Source: Podospora anserina
Taxonomy: Eukaryota
DNA length: 64,000 nt
Direction of reading: 5' to 3'
Assembly: GCA_017654855.1 (NCBI GenBank)
Contig: CM030337.1
Coordinates: 620,001-684,000, forward strand
Positions 26,421-38,574 of this stretch are shown here, piece after piece. The position numbers were made by a program, and so were the translations under genes. A model generated the notes under the pieces. That model worked only from the letters and a program-made list of their open reading frames with translations. It was not told where the DNA came from and did no database searches. Every line of letters starts with the position of its first letter. Within the stretch, counting starts at the first letter, position 1.

Positions 26421-26524
26421 CTCAGCTCCTGGTTGTTTTCCACCTTATGGAGCAATACTCCGGACCAGTCTCAGCTCCTGGTTGTTCTCTACCTTATGGA
26501 GCAATACTCCGGACCAGTCTCAGC
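26421..26524. repeat. 49-bp tandem duplication (2 copies plus 6 nt)
   Basis: CTCAGCTCCTGGTTGTT(T/C)TC(C/T)ACCTTATGGAGCAATACTCCGGACCAGT starts at 26421 and 26470 with 2 mismatches. Confidence 0.95.
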
Positions 26525-27116
26525 CCAACTCAACCCAATGCTACTATAGATCATCACTTCCAGAGTATGCGGGAGATCGACATGATCAAGGGTTCTTGTT
26601 TTGTAGATGTCGAGAAGGAAAGTCAGACCAACACGCCGAGATCGCCTCGACCCACTAGTCCCATCTGAACTGTTCACATATCCGTAGCCACCGAGGTTAG
26701 ACATTCTTCGTATTCTTGCCAAAGACATACAAAATCAAACCAACAAGGCCTTTAAAATAGTACCAATGCATCAGTTGATATGCTGTTCAACATTACACAT
26801 CTCGCATTTTTCCGTGCTGACTCCCAAAACCGACCGACTCCCATGTTTACACCACTCATTCAACAGATAGGTCTGTGAGCAACAACGTCAAAAGACCCAT
26901 CATACAAGACAGGAAGATGGGAAATATCGATGTGAACAAAAGGAGCGACCCGGTCAAGCAATCCACCTGAACACACTAGACATCGGTAAAGGCAATCTGT
27001 AATCCATCTTATAAACCTATGCCTATCTACCCCAACCGTCATCTTCAATGTACATCCATCCCCAACACCAAAAAAAAAAACGCCCTTTTCAACGTCATCT
27101 CCCCCTTTATTCTCAA

Positions 27117-28982
27117 TCACCCATCCCTCCTCTTCTCACTCCCCATCCCCCCAACAAACCTCCTCTCCTCCCCCTCCCACCTCCTCCTCTCCACCTGCCC
27201 CCGTCCAACCCAAGCCCTCACAAACCTCCACGCCTCCCCGTCCGCCAGATTCCACGCCTCCACCGCCTCCTTGATCACCTTCCCCTCCCCGCTCAACCTC
27301 TCCTTCTTCTCCAGCACCACCTTCTTCACCTTCTCCAGCAGCGTCCGTTCCATCTCCAACTCCCTCTCCTCCGGCACCGCCCCGAATTTCGCGTCATGCA
27401 TCGGCGGCAGCCCATTGTTATCCCCCCCTTCCTCATTAGGATACGAAGCCTCACTGGCAATCTCAAACCCAAAAATCCAGTCCAGGTCACTATCACTCAA
27501 CGCGGCCGTGTTTTCCGCCTGTAACCAAAGCGAAGAAGCAGACGTCGGTTCCGAGGCGACAATCTCCTTGAATTTGAGCACGCGCGCAGAGGCCGGGATG
27601 CCCTTGGGAGAGATGCCATTCGTGAGGTCGTAAATCCAGGGGTCGCGATCCGTGTGCCGCCTGATAAAAGGGATTGTCAGGTCCGAGTTGAGCGAGGAGA
27701 GAGTGAGCATCGTCAGCGGGTGGGGGACGGTGCCAATGGTGAAGATGCCACTGTCATTGACGTAATGAGCCGGGGTGGTGACGCCGAGGGGCTTGGTGTC
27801 GTCGCACGGTGTGCATTTCTTCATGTTCGGGGGGCATGTGCTCGGCAACGGCGACTCGGGACAATGGGAGAGCCGCCGGGCGAGTTTGTACGCCGGGTTG
27901 ATCAGATGGGTCGTGTGGTGAGGTAGCGGTTTGACGACCGAGATGCCTTTGAAATACGTATTCTGCCACGCGAGGTGAAGGTGGGCGTTGATAAGCCGGT
28001 TGAGCTTCTTCATCCCGGCGACCCTCGCAGCAGTAATCTCCTCCCCAATCTTGGAGTACTTTGTCTCGATATTCCTCGCCGAATAAAACGCCAACGCCTT
28101 CGGGTTAGTATCAACACTAAACGGATCATCACTCTTCTCCTGAACCGTCCCCAACAGCCCCTTCACCACCCCAACATGCGGACTCCCCATCGCAAGCCTA
28201 ATCGCCTTCTCCACCTCCCCCTTCGGCCCAACAAACAACCCATCATCCAACCCCTCCCACCTCGTCAGCGTCGGAAACTCCCCCCTCCTCAAATACCCAA
28301 GCAGAGCATCATCATGCCCCCCCATGGGAAACAACAGATAACTCGCCAGCAGGCCCCCCCCCATATTATCCCACGCCAACCACCTCATCAAATCCGTCCT
28401 CAACCCCTCCGTCATCCCCTCCACCTTCTGCAACTCCTCATACAGAGGGTTATTCATCGCCTCCGCCGGGCTCAAAATAGTAGGCTGAAACCCCTTCGCC
28501 CACCAAGCCCTCCTCCACGCAAGAAGCAACTCGCTCTCCACCTCCCTATCCCCTTTCCCCTTCTCCACGCTCGTGTCATAGTAGCAATAAATCGGGGTTC
28601 TCTTCCCCAGCACCGGCAGCACAGCCCTGTCCTCGTCAAGGGTAATCGAGCTGCTGAACGGCATGGTAAGCCACCTCCAATCCGAATACCACGACGACTC
28701 CCCATCGGTGTCATTCTTTTGCCTCTCCGGCTTGTGCGACGGCGGCTTAAACGGGTTCAGCTTCTTCAACCACGGACTTTTCAACGATTTGGGTATCCCG
28801 AATTTGTGCCCCCCCGCCTTCGGTTTCGAGTCCGTCGGTACGGTTGCCGCCACCTGGTCGCTGGGGACGCTGAAGAGCAGGCTGAGCAGCGCAAACAGCC
28901 CCAGGCAGACAAATATCAGCGATACATGTCTCGATCCCAACCTGGGCACCGGCCGCCCAAACAAGACAGGTTGTCGAGGCAT
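27117..28982 (-). CDS. Uncharacterised type II membrane protein (621 aa), possibly glycosyltransferase-like
   Basis: Long ORF. First ATG (MPRQPV) is followed by one TM (SLIFVCLGLFALLSLLFSV), a stem, and a globular domain PIYCYYD..LLLAWRRAWWAKGF..RWLAW..GGG with a Cys cluster. Confidence 0.8.
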   Translation of the reverse strand: MPRQPVLFGRPVPRLGSRHVSLIFVCLGLFALLSLLFSVPSDQVAATVPTDSKPKAGGHKFGIPKSLKSPWLKKLNPFKPPSHKPERQKNDTDGESSWYSDWRWLTMPFSSSITLDEDRAVLPVLGKRTPIYCYYDTSVEKGKGDREVESELLLAWRRAWWAKGFQPTILSPAEAMNNPLYEELQKVEGMTEGLRTDLMRWLAWDNMGGGLLASYLLFPMGGHDDALLGYLRRGEFPTLTRWEGLDDGLFVGPKGEVEKAIRLAMGSPHVGVVKGLLGTVQEKSDDPFSVDTNPKALAFYSARNIETKYSKIGEEITAARVAGMKKLNRLINAHLHLAWQNTYFKGISVVKPLPHHTTHLINPAYKLARRLSHCPESPLPSTCPPNMKKCTPCDDTKPLGVTTPAHYVNDSGIFTIGTVPHPLTMLTLSSLNSDLTIPFIRRHTDRDPWIYDLTNGISPKGIPASARVLKFKEIVASEPTSASSLWLQAENTAALSDSDLDWIFGFEIASEASYPNEEGGDNNGLPPMHDAKFGAVPEERELEMERTLLEKVKKVVLEKKERLSGEGKVIKEAVEAWNLADGEAWRFVRAWVGRGQVERRRWEGEERRFVGGMGSEKRRDG

Positions 28983-29416
28983 GGTTCCGAAAGTGTTTAA
29001 TTCATTCGAGACTTTGGAAGCAAAAGTGTTGTTGTCGAGCCAAGCCCGTCGTAGGCTGGGTACAGTTGGTGGCAGGCAGAGGCACAAACGAGCGAAAGGG
29101 AAGGTTGGTCAACCAACTAGAAGAAGGATACACATTGAAAGGCACAAAAGAGGTAGGTGGCAAAGGTGACAGAAAAGATTCAGTGCATTGCGCTGAGATA
29201 ATCCGTATCCGCCCAACTTGGCCAACAGTTCGTTTGCAGTAGTAGTAGTCGTCGTCGTCGTCGTCACCAATTCAGGAGGTTCTTGGGCAAGGTATCGATA
29301 AGAAAATCCAAGAAAACGCGGGCGCGACGTTGATTTAATTAACCAACAGGGGTTTCCACGCAAACCCCACACAGTGTACAAAACCCACAAACTTGCCATT
29401 GCCCCCTAAAGAAGCC

Positions 29417-29430
29417 CAGGGTTAGGGTTT
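29417..29430. promoter_or_regulatory. Telomere-like promoter motif CAGGGTTAGGGTTT
   Basis: Second identical copy (see 9570). Confidence 0.45.
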
Positions 29431-29497
29431 ACTACTTTCTTGATAACAACATCAACTTTCCATTCAGTTCAAACCTAACAAATACAATGGGTATCAT

Positions 29498-30103
29498 TCA
29501 TTCCATCTCCCTAGCCAAATCCAACATCCTCTTCCTGAACCCCACACTCTCCTCCTCCTTCCTCCTAAACGCCACCATCAAATCCCTGTACTTTTGCTCC
29601 CAATCCACCGCCCCCCTTCCCCCTCCTGTCCCATCCTTCTTCTTCCTTTTCCAAGCCGCATGCATGACCTCCTCCTCCATACTGAAATCCCCCACCACGC
29701 TCCCATACCTAAGCTGCCAATGAGTCTTGTACCTCGTCCGATCCTCCAGTTCCGCCAACTTTACCACCTTTAAGCTCTTCCTCGGCATCAAATACCCCCC
29801 CCCAGCCAACGCACTGAGATTGATCAAAAAGTCCAAATGACTCGATGCCGTGGTCCGAAGCCGGTCGAGGACAGCCTGGGTAAAAGCCCAGGCCTCATCC
29901 CCGGAGCAGGCGGGGATTTTGTTGCCGTTGGCGTCGAACCATTCCGCGTTCATCAGGTCCGTCATGAAGAGGCCTTCGACTTCAGTCATGTTTGTTCTGT
30001 CCGCGGGGTCATACTGGGTGGGATTGGGTGCTGCTATCGGCGGTTGGTTGTTGGCAGTTGTCGGGTAACTCGCCACATAAACGGCTTGTGGTAGCAACTG
30101 CGG

Positions 30104-30155
<52 letters not shown>

Positions 30156-31582
30156 ATTTGCTGCTGTTGTGCTTGTGATGAAGGCTCGGTAGTAGTCTGC
30201 CCATTAACCATGACTACTGGTGGTGGTGGTGGTGTGGCAAGCCGCACCTCACCACCTACCCTCTCTGGAACCTGCAGTGACAGCCTGCTTCTTTTTGCCG
30301 GCCTCGAGTGCACCGACTCTACCGGTGACGGGTGGACTGGTGATGCCTGAATCGGACTCGGCATCACCACCACTGGCGATGTTGTTGTGAGAGGAGACGC
30401 AGTCGGCACACCCCAGTTTTTGATTGACGTTCGCGGGAGCAGCACACCGCCATTTCCATTTGATGCGCTGCCGCCTTCTTCCGGATTGGGAGAGGCTGAC
30501 TTGAAGCCGCCCGGGGTAGCTGGAAAGGCAGAAAACGGCCCCTCCATATTCACAGGACGACTGTTTGGAGGACGACCCCTGACTTTCCCGGTGCCGTTAG
30601 CCCCGCCCCTCCTCCACGCTGATGAGACAACTTTGGCTCCATGGCGTCTGTGAGCATTTCTTCTCGAAGAAGGTGTGATGGCAGATTGTGGCTCGTCTGC
30701 CCAAAACGAAGCTCTGGACGAGGGTGTGATGGCAGAGTGAGGGTACGCCGTCAATGGTGTCGCTGTCAACGGTGTTTGGACAAGATCGTGGACAAACGTG
30801 GCGCCGGATGGGTTGAGCCTCGTTGGGTCTGGCGGAGGGGGAAACACAAAGACGCTTTCTCTTCGCGCGCCGGTAAGAGGCTCCGCCGTCCAGGCACCGC
30901 CATTCTCGCCTTCATCCACCCGAGGTGATGGTCGCTGTGAGGGTGACTTTCCCAGGTCATTCTCCCCAGGTCTCCTCCGGCCCCTCTTGGGCTTGATGTG
31001 TGGCAACAAGGCCCGTAACGCCATGTCGTCCTCGGCCAAGACCCCTTCCCTGTCCAGCTCTGCAATCGGGACATTCTCGTCCGGTATCTCGGTCCAGTAG
31101 GGCGACCCTCTCTCCATGAGATACTCAAAGAAGGCATCCACATGCATCGACTTCATCCATCGTTTTAGTCTGGCGGCGTACTGCTGAATCTTCTGGCCGC
31201 TCTCGCCCTCACCCGGCGGGTCAACCCCCAGCTTGATAGCCAACTCGGCCCATGTCTTGAGCTGTTTGGTGTCGAACTGTTTGATGAGATCAAACAAAAG
31301 AGATGCGCTGAAGCTCTTGCCGCCGCTTTTGGGGAGGGCGCGAAACGCTTCCCGGAGAGCGGTCGTGTCTGTCCCAGGCGGCACACAGGGGTTGCAGTGA
31401 AGAATAAAATCGACATAAGCATCCTCGATATTAGCTGCGTTGACCTGTCTATCTGGCAATGGAGGGCGTGTTGCTGAGGGAGACAGAGTTGAAGTTGCCG
31501 ATGGTGATGCCTCTTCTGAAAGGGGCAGGATGTCTGCGGGGGACTCGGTCGAGTCTTCGGTCGTTGCCATTGTATGATCCAT
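29498..31582 (-). CDS. abp2: ARS-binding protein 2 family DNA-binding protein
   Basis: IEDAYVDFILHCNP...PKSGGKSFS...KTWAELAIKLGV..QKIQQYAARLKRWM..MHVDAFFEYL Abp2 domain; AT-hook-like RGRPP; poly-Q from a CAA run near 30103-30155. Start could instead be 31570. Confidence 0.85.
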
Positions 31583-32892
31583 GATGTATGTGTCCAAACC
31601 TCTCAGTTCATGGCTGAGATTGTAGGGATGCGTCCACAATATCAACTTGACAGGCCTTCTTCGCGGCGCATTCTGGATGCGACGTACTCCAATGCAGCAG
31701 CTGTTGTACTGAGCCTCCGGACTGCTGCAGAGTTGGAGGGGCTAATCAAATCAAAACAACAGCCTCATCTGCGCCTTGGGATGAAACGAAACGACAAGAT
31801 GGATATCTGAGATGGAGGCAGATCAAGAGAATAAATGGCACAAAAAAAAATCAAAAATGGGAATTAATGAGCTTACTCTCCACAAGTCACAGCTCTTGCT
31901 CACTCACGAGGGTTCTGTCGAGGAAAGTGAGAGTGAGAGGTGTTCTTGATGGAGATTGATGGCGTCGTGGTTCAAACGGACAGGGGCAAGCACCTTCAGC
32001 CCACCCGTCCCACCACAACCCCCCATTGGGATTGGCGTCGAGCGCAACGGGTCTGAAAATAGAATTGCCAAGGCTGGGGAATTGAGCAAGAAACACTGTG
32101 AGGGGCACTGTGGTTTTCTCTGTTGAACACACACACACACAGTCGTCACATGCAGCTGCCATTGGGGGGGCCGTTTCTCCCGGCAGTTGTGTGAGATGAA
32201 GCATGCATATCAACAACACCATGTTTAGGAGCAGAGTGAGACTGGAAGCTTGCGCCTTTGAGAGGGATATTAATTTTGGGTCTGTGGATTGAGATCGCGC
32301 AAATGATGACTCGGTAGTTTGCGTCTGGTCGAGAGGGGTTGAATGAAGCGCCAGTGAGCCTGGAGAGTGAAGATAGATAGGTAAGAATGCAATGTTTGTC
32401 CATGATCATTGAAGACAGAATTCTGCATGAGAATGTCATCAAACAACCAGTCAGGCGCCTCTCTTTTCCAAATGCCGAATCGGGTATAAAAAGGAAAAAA
32501 GAACCCGGGCCCTCAAGCTTTCACATGATTCCCTCTCCCCCGGGCCGGCATGGGAGCGGCAGTGACGTCGCCATCGTCCGGGTTAAGCCGCCGCGCATTA
32601 CCCTAGCTCGACACTTGTTAGCGTCCCGCATTTGATCGGACCTCGGCAGCCACTACACTATTCATACCTGACCACGAGGGAACAGGAATGAATGCCTTCA
32701 CTAGTAAAACTGACTGTTTGTCTTATAAACCAAACCTGCCCATCCATCTGCCACCCTTCGCGCCGCCTGTGATTGCTTCTCTTTGTTCTCTTTTGCATAC
32801 CCAAGCTACACCATCGCGCATAGCATCGCGACCTCTGTCTCTTTTCCCTTTTGATACCCTCACGCACCCTCACCACCCTCACCACCACCACC

Positions 32893-33982
32893 ATGTCCGC
32901 CCAATCCAAGCCCGTCCTCCCCCAAAACGACAATGTCGCCCACGCCCTCGCCGGCGCCGGAGGTGGCATCCTCTCCATGGCCCTGACGTATGTTCTCCGT
33001 CCCACCTCTCCCCATCCCATCACTAACCTCTTCCCCAAAAAAAATAGTTACCCCCTAATAACTCTCTCCACCCGCGCCCAAGTCGAATCCAAGCGCCCCG
33101 GCTCCGAAACCGCCTTCCTCGCCGCCGTCCAAAAAATCGTCGCCCGCGAAGGCGTCTCGGGCCTCTACTCGGGCCTCTCCTCCGCCCTCTTCGGCATCTC
33201 CGTCACAAACTTTGTCTACTACTACTGGTACGAATGGACCCGCGCCTTCTTCGAAGCCGCCGCCGAAAAGTCGGGTCGCGCCTCCAAGAAGCTCACCACC
33301 GTCGAGTCCATGATCGCCGGCGCCATCGCCGGCTCCGCCACCGTTATTCTGACGAACCCCATCTGGGTCGTCAACACGCGCATGACCACCCGCAAGGCTG
33401 CCGCCACCGAAGATGGGGAAAAGAAAGATGACCTCGAGGCGCAAAAGGCGCGGAACAAGAAGCCGAGCACCATCGGGACGTTGTTGGCGTTGTTGAAGAA
33501 GGAGGGGCCGCAGGCGTTGTTTAGCGGGGTGGTGCCCGCTTTGGTGTTGGTTATCAACCCCATTTTGCAGTACACACTGTTTGAGCAGATGAAGAATGCG
33601 GTGGAGAAGAAGAGGAGGATTACTCCCGGGGTTGCGTTTGTGCTGGGCGCGTTGGGCAAGTTGTTTGCTACTACGGTTACGTACCCTTACATCACCGTCA
33701 AGAGCCAGATGCACGTCGAGGGGGGCAAGAAGGAGGGTGTTACTGAGGCGTTGAAGAGGGTGGTGAGGGAGGAGGGGTATGCTGGGCTTTACAAGGGTGA
33801 GTTATATGCCATGAGGATTATATGGAACACGTTATAACGGCGGCTAACCGTGAAAATTAGGCATCGGTCCCAAGGTGAGCCAGAGCGTCATCACTGCTGC
33901 CTGCTTGTTCGCGCTCAAGGATGTGCTCTACGAGTACTCTGTTCGCCTCAGAGGCTCCATGGCGAGAAAGGCTCTTGCCTAA
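32893..33982 (+). CDS. PMP47: Peroxisomal carrier PMP47/SLC25A17-like (mitochondrial carrier family); exons 32893-32987, 33048-33796, 33861-33982
   Basis: HALAGAGGG..T|YPLITLSTRAQV, TNPIWVVNTRM, VINPILQYTLFE and TYPYITVKSQM carrier repeats typical of the PMP47 clade. Confidence 0.88.
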
Positions 33983-34255
33983 ATTCGAGACTGGACAGAG
34001 AGTCTTTGGCATATGAAATCGATAACGGATTGACAAACATGGACAGAATACTTGGTTGCAAAACCATTTTGGAACAGACATCACCATCTGCGGATGGCAC
34101 CTGCAAGAGGGGCTGTTGACAGCACCTTGTTGAGATGCGAGGGATTTGTACATATATTTGAAGACTACGTGTAACGCTACCATTAGTGCAAGAAAAGAGA
34201 CGCCGTTCGAAACCTTTTGATCATTTCGTTCCCGCCCAAGTCTGTCTTGATTGCA

Positions 34256-36079
34256 TCAAGCCTCATCAATCTCCTCTATCGTAGGAACAACCCACCACTC
34301 ATGCCCCCCCTCCACCGCCTTGCCAATCTCAACCTTGAGTCCCAACTCCTTGCCCCCCTTTTTATCCTCCCCCCTCTCCTCCAGTCTCCTCTTCAAAACC
34401 TCCACCACCACCGCAGCCCTATCAACCGCCACAGTCTGCCCCTTAACCCCCCCAACCCACCTCTCAAAACACCCCACGCTAAAACTATCCTTCTCGCTCA
34501 GCCTCTCCATAACCTCCAACCCCCTACTCGCCTGCTCCAAGCTCAGACTCGCATCATCCAGCAACCTCCCCGTCTCCACCTGCCGCCTATCCGTCGCAGC
34601 CCTGTATACCTCCCAACTGGGCAGCTCCGGCATCCCAATCGCCGCAAAAGGCTTCATCCGCACATCATACCTCATCTCATCAGTACTGTACGGCCTCGGC
34701 GGCGCCACCACCAACCCCAACCTCCCCAACGCAGCATACAAGTTCGACAACGCATCCGCCATCTCCCAGGTGATAGCCGCATCCAAACTAGTCTGATACA
34801 AATACTGCCTCGACTTGTTAAACGCCGCCTCCTGCCCCGCCGACGGGCTAGCAGCCTGCTGCCCAGCCTCCCTGTGCTTGGTAAAAAAGCTGATCCGATC
34901 CACCAACCTCGCTCGGGATCTAGCCAGCTCGGATAGGTACCAGTACATCCCCCCCAGCTCGTCGGGCGCATAAATCTCCAGCTCGAACCCCAGCTGCACA
35001 ATCCACTCCATCAGTCGCAACTTGTACAGATACGCCCAGCTCGACAAGGGGAGGGAATACGTCGGTCCTACTCCCCCGCCCCCATCTCCCGTAGGCGGGT
35101 ACACCAGCGGCGTCTCCTCGATTTGGTGCTGCAGCAGCTGATCAATCTGCTCAGCGTCCAGCTGGACCGTTTCCCAGTCTTGGATCGAGTGGCAGAGCGT
35201 TCGTCTGATTCGGCAGCGGTTCTGGCAAAAGGCGCGGAAGATGTCGAGGTAGGATTGGGCGGCGCGCTGGCGGAAGGTTTCCATTTGGTGGGCGAGGGCG
35301 TATCGCCAGTGGTGGGGGGCTTCGACGAGGTCGTTGGCTGGGTCGAGGAGTTTGCTTGCCGGGAGGACGACCAGACTCAAGTCATCATCGATGACGTGGC
35401 GGATGGAGAGCTTGCCGAGGATGATCATGTCTTTGAACAAAAAGGACTGGAGCAAAGTGCGGATGTAGACGAGGGGTTGGGGTTTTTGGGATTGGAACGT
35501 CATGACAAAGTTCTGCTGGCGTCAATATCCAAGTAGGTTGAAGGGGTCAAAAGGGGTAAACTCACCAATAAACTCTGCGAATCGTGATAATTCAGCACAT
35601 TCAACACATCAATCCCGTCCGCAAACAACTTCTTGAAGTGCTTGTACGTCTCCTCCGTGCTCAGCTTTACTATCGGCCTCGGCGGCATCGTACTCGCCAA
35701 TCTCCTCTGAATCTTTGTGCTGAACGCCTCCGGTACCGGTGTCCCCAGATGCCTGGACTTGTAAATCATTTCCCACACAGCCTCCATCTGCGTCCATGGC
35801 AGGCTCAACGAATCAGGGTTACTCCTCAGCACAGACAGCTCTATCGCCCTCAAGAAGGCCGTCCGTAGTTCCAGCCTGAACCCCAACGCTTGCGCAAGCT
35901 GATCGCCAATCGTATGCCGAACGCTATGCACCAACCTCCGAGCAGCCATGAGCTCCTCGTTGATCTCGTCCAATTCAAACGAATCCAAGAGTGAGCGATG
36001 GTAAGTATTGGTGACGAAATCCTCTTCCTGTCCACAATTGTCAGCCACCCGCCCACCCCTATCTCCCACCTCCTCAACC

Positions 36080-36118
<39 letters not shown>

Positions 36119-37056
36119 ACCTCATAATAATGCTCAAACTTGATCCGATCATTAATATACCAACAACACTTCACCACCCCCAAACAATAAGCCCTCAGCA
36201 CAACATGCATCGTCTCCCCCTCCCCCACTGCTTTCCCCCTAATAAAATCCGCATCCCCCAAAACCATCGGCTCCGGCTCCAGCATCCGATCAATATACAC
36301 ATTCGTCAACAACGTCTGCGAAAGAGGATACCCCTGATACCAAGCCATCTCAAGACAAAACATCTGGTCAATAATCCCAATCACCTCCCCCGGACTCAAC
36401 ACCCTCGTCACATCATAATCCTCATCCAGGCTCTCCCCGGGAGCAAGACAGCCGCTGTCCATCTTCGGGTCCATGATCTATTTATTTCCTGTTAGCCCTC
36501 CACCCCCCACTTGTCTCCCCTGCTCAAGAACGCACCTCTAAAGCGCCCACACTCTCAAACAAACTGAAAAACCCATCCTTGACTAATTCGCCCAGTTCCA
36601 ACGCTGTCACTGTCAGCACTCCTTCTCGTGATATTTCATTTCATAAAAGGAAAACTCACCCCCAGCAGCAGCTCTAAACTTCGACGTCACGTCAAACGCC
36701 ATGATCCCTTGCTGATCACCACCCCCCATGATAAAGTCCGGTGGTGGCGGTGGTGGCGGTGGTAGTAGCTCCTCCTCGTAAGGCTGATACCCCTGACCCT
36801 GCTGCGCTCCAAAATCCCCAAACCCAAACAACCCTCCTCCTGCTGCTGCGTGGTGATGGTGAAAAGGTTGTTGCTGGGGGGTGTTGTTTGGTGGGGTTGT
36901 TGTCGTGCTGGTGGTGGTGGGGTTGAGGGATAAGTCGTTTAGTTCTACCCATTGTCCATCAGTAAATCCGCTTTACCAGATTAAAAGAAAAAAACGGACG
37001 GAGATATACCTACTTCTGGTAAGATTCTCCGGTTCAGAGTCTGATGTGTTGCTCAT
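34256..37056 (-). CDS. MAK10: NatC auxiliary subunit Mak10/Naa35; exons 37056-37014, 36944-36660, 36603-36536, 36477-36121, 36027-35566, 35512-34256
   Basis: Spliced product gives DVTSKF..ALELGELVKDGFFSLFESVGALE|IMDPKMDSG, EMAWYQGYPLSQTL, YYE|EEDF and CQNRCRIRR motifs. Exon 1 is inferred from frame-consistent splice sites only. Confidence 0.88.
36081..36115. repeat. A35 homopolymer (U35 in MAK10 intron 4)
   Basis: Direct reading. Confidence 0.95.
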
Positions 37057-37895
37057 TGCGTGAGTTGTTGTCAAGCGTTAAAGTGAAGGTGGGAAAAATA
37101 AATGTTCTGGATGGGATGGATGGAATGCAAAGAAGGCAGAGAGAAGAAGTATGACTGGAGCCTCTCTGCCTGACTGCTTGCTGTAAGTTGATCCAATGAA
37201 AATTGTAGCCTTCTTTTATATGGAGAAAAAAAAAAGACAAGGCCCTGAGAAATGATAAAATGCAACGGATTTTTAGTTAGTTAGGTCTTGCGTCGTTAGT
37301 GGCGTATGACTTGCAGTTTGCGTCTACCCTGACTGTTGGGGGTAATGGTGCAGTATGAGGTGAGTGAGTGAGCTGTGGTGGTGGTGGTGTGCTAAAAGGT
37401 GGGTGAGTGGGTGGATATGCTTGGGGCGCTTGACCACCCCTCTCTCCCATGGAACTGGGTTTGCTATCTGCTGCGGATGCCCGGACTTCCATATAAGTTT
37501 GACATAGGTAATGGAACGATACCCTCTGAATTGCAAAGTACATACAATCTAAGAAATTCTCTTGTAGTCTGCTGAAGAATGAGCTTCATGGGATTGGTGC
37601 TTGTAACATCACACCAAACAACAACAGTGACATCAACCTTCCATCCACCACCTTGATAGCTTCATAGGTCCAGGTATTTTTGCATTCCCCCCTTCACCCA
37701 ACTATGATACAAGGCCCCAACCGGTCAGGCAGCGCAGTGCTTCCCATCTCTCGCTCCCAAAAGAACCGCACACAGCACCTCCCCAAACCCCGTCTATACC
37801 ATTGCCGTAGTGTGTCGAGTGTTGCGCTCCATCCCATTCGGCGATTCCAACCCCCCTACACCGACTCCTTTCAAGCCATTTTCAATGTCGGGAAT

Positions 37896-38364
37896 TTACT
37901 GGCCACCCTGAGCAGCACTCTCAACAGCAGCCGCAGCGTTAGCCTGCTCAAGGTTCTTAAGCTCGCCCTGCTTTCCGTTCTGTCCTCCCCCCCCCAGTAC
38001 CAATCAGCTATCCAATCCCTCTCGTTTCAACTCCTCAAGATGTGTGTGTGTACTCACCGACCACTTCGCAAACCTAATCTCAGAAACACCTCTGCGCTCA
38101 GCAGCAAGTCTCTTCTCCTCCTTCAAGCTGCGGCGCACAACCCGGGAGGCAACGGCCAGGTAGCGGTTGTAGCTGTTTGTTGCCCCAGTCAGCACAAATC
38201 TGTTCCCTTTCTCCCTTTCCCAATCCAATTCCATCTCCAATCCCCCAATCTCGGTCGTTGTCGTCCACATCCCCCCTCCAGCTCCCTCCCCCACCGTCCC
38301 TCCCCAATTGATCACAAAAAAAAACGACTCACGTAAGGCCAGCGGCTTTCCACGCAAAGGTCAT
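37896..38364 (-). CDS. ATP15: Mitochondrial F1 ATP synthase epsilon subunit (76 aa); exons 38364-38333, 38172-38058, 37979-37896
   Basis: Spliced: MTFAWKAAGLT|YNRYLAVASRVVRRSLKEEKRLAAERRGVSEIRFAKWS|NGKQGELKNLEQANAAAAVESAAQGGQ*. Both introns are GTGAGT..CTGAY..CAG. Confidence 0.95.
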
Positions 38365-38561
38365 TTTGGCGATTTGTTACGTTGCGACGTCGAGAAAGTA
38401 AAGTAATCAGTCGGTCGGCGTGGATGCGGAATGGGTTGTCGAGAAGGTACAGGCGAGCGGATTAATGGACCTGAAAAGCTCCAACAAGCAATCAACCAAG
38501 CTGGTTCGTCGGGTGCAAACCGAGAAGCTCCGCCGCCCGCCCCTCCCCCTACCCGAGCTCC

Positions 38562-38574
38562 GGGTCACGTGATG
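38562..38574. promoter_or_regulatory. E-box GGGTCACGTGATG ~200 nt upstream of ATP15
   Basis: Identical to 11730-11742. Confidence 0.5.

Noticed and set aside
26421-26524. CRISPR-like array (also the 13-bp array at 51267)
   Set aside because: Direct tandem copies without unique spacers, in a eukaryotic context.
37680-38336. Structured ncRNA or 218-aa + strand ORF
   Set aside because: The region is explained by the minus-strand ATP15 gene and its 3'UTR.
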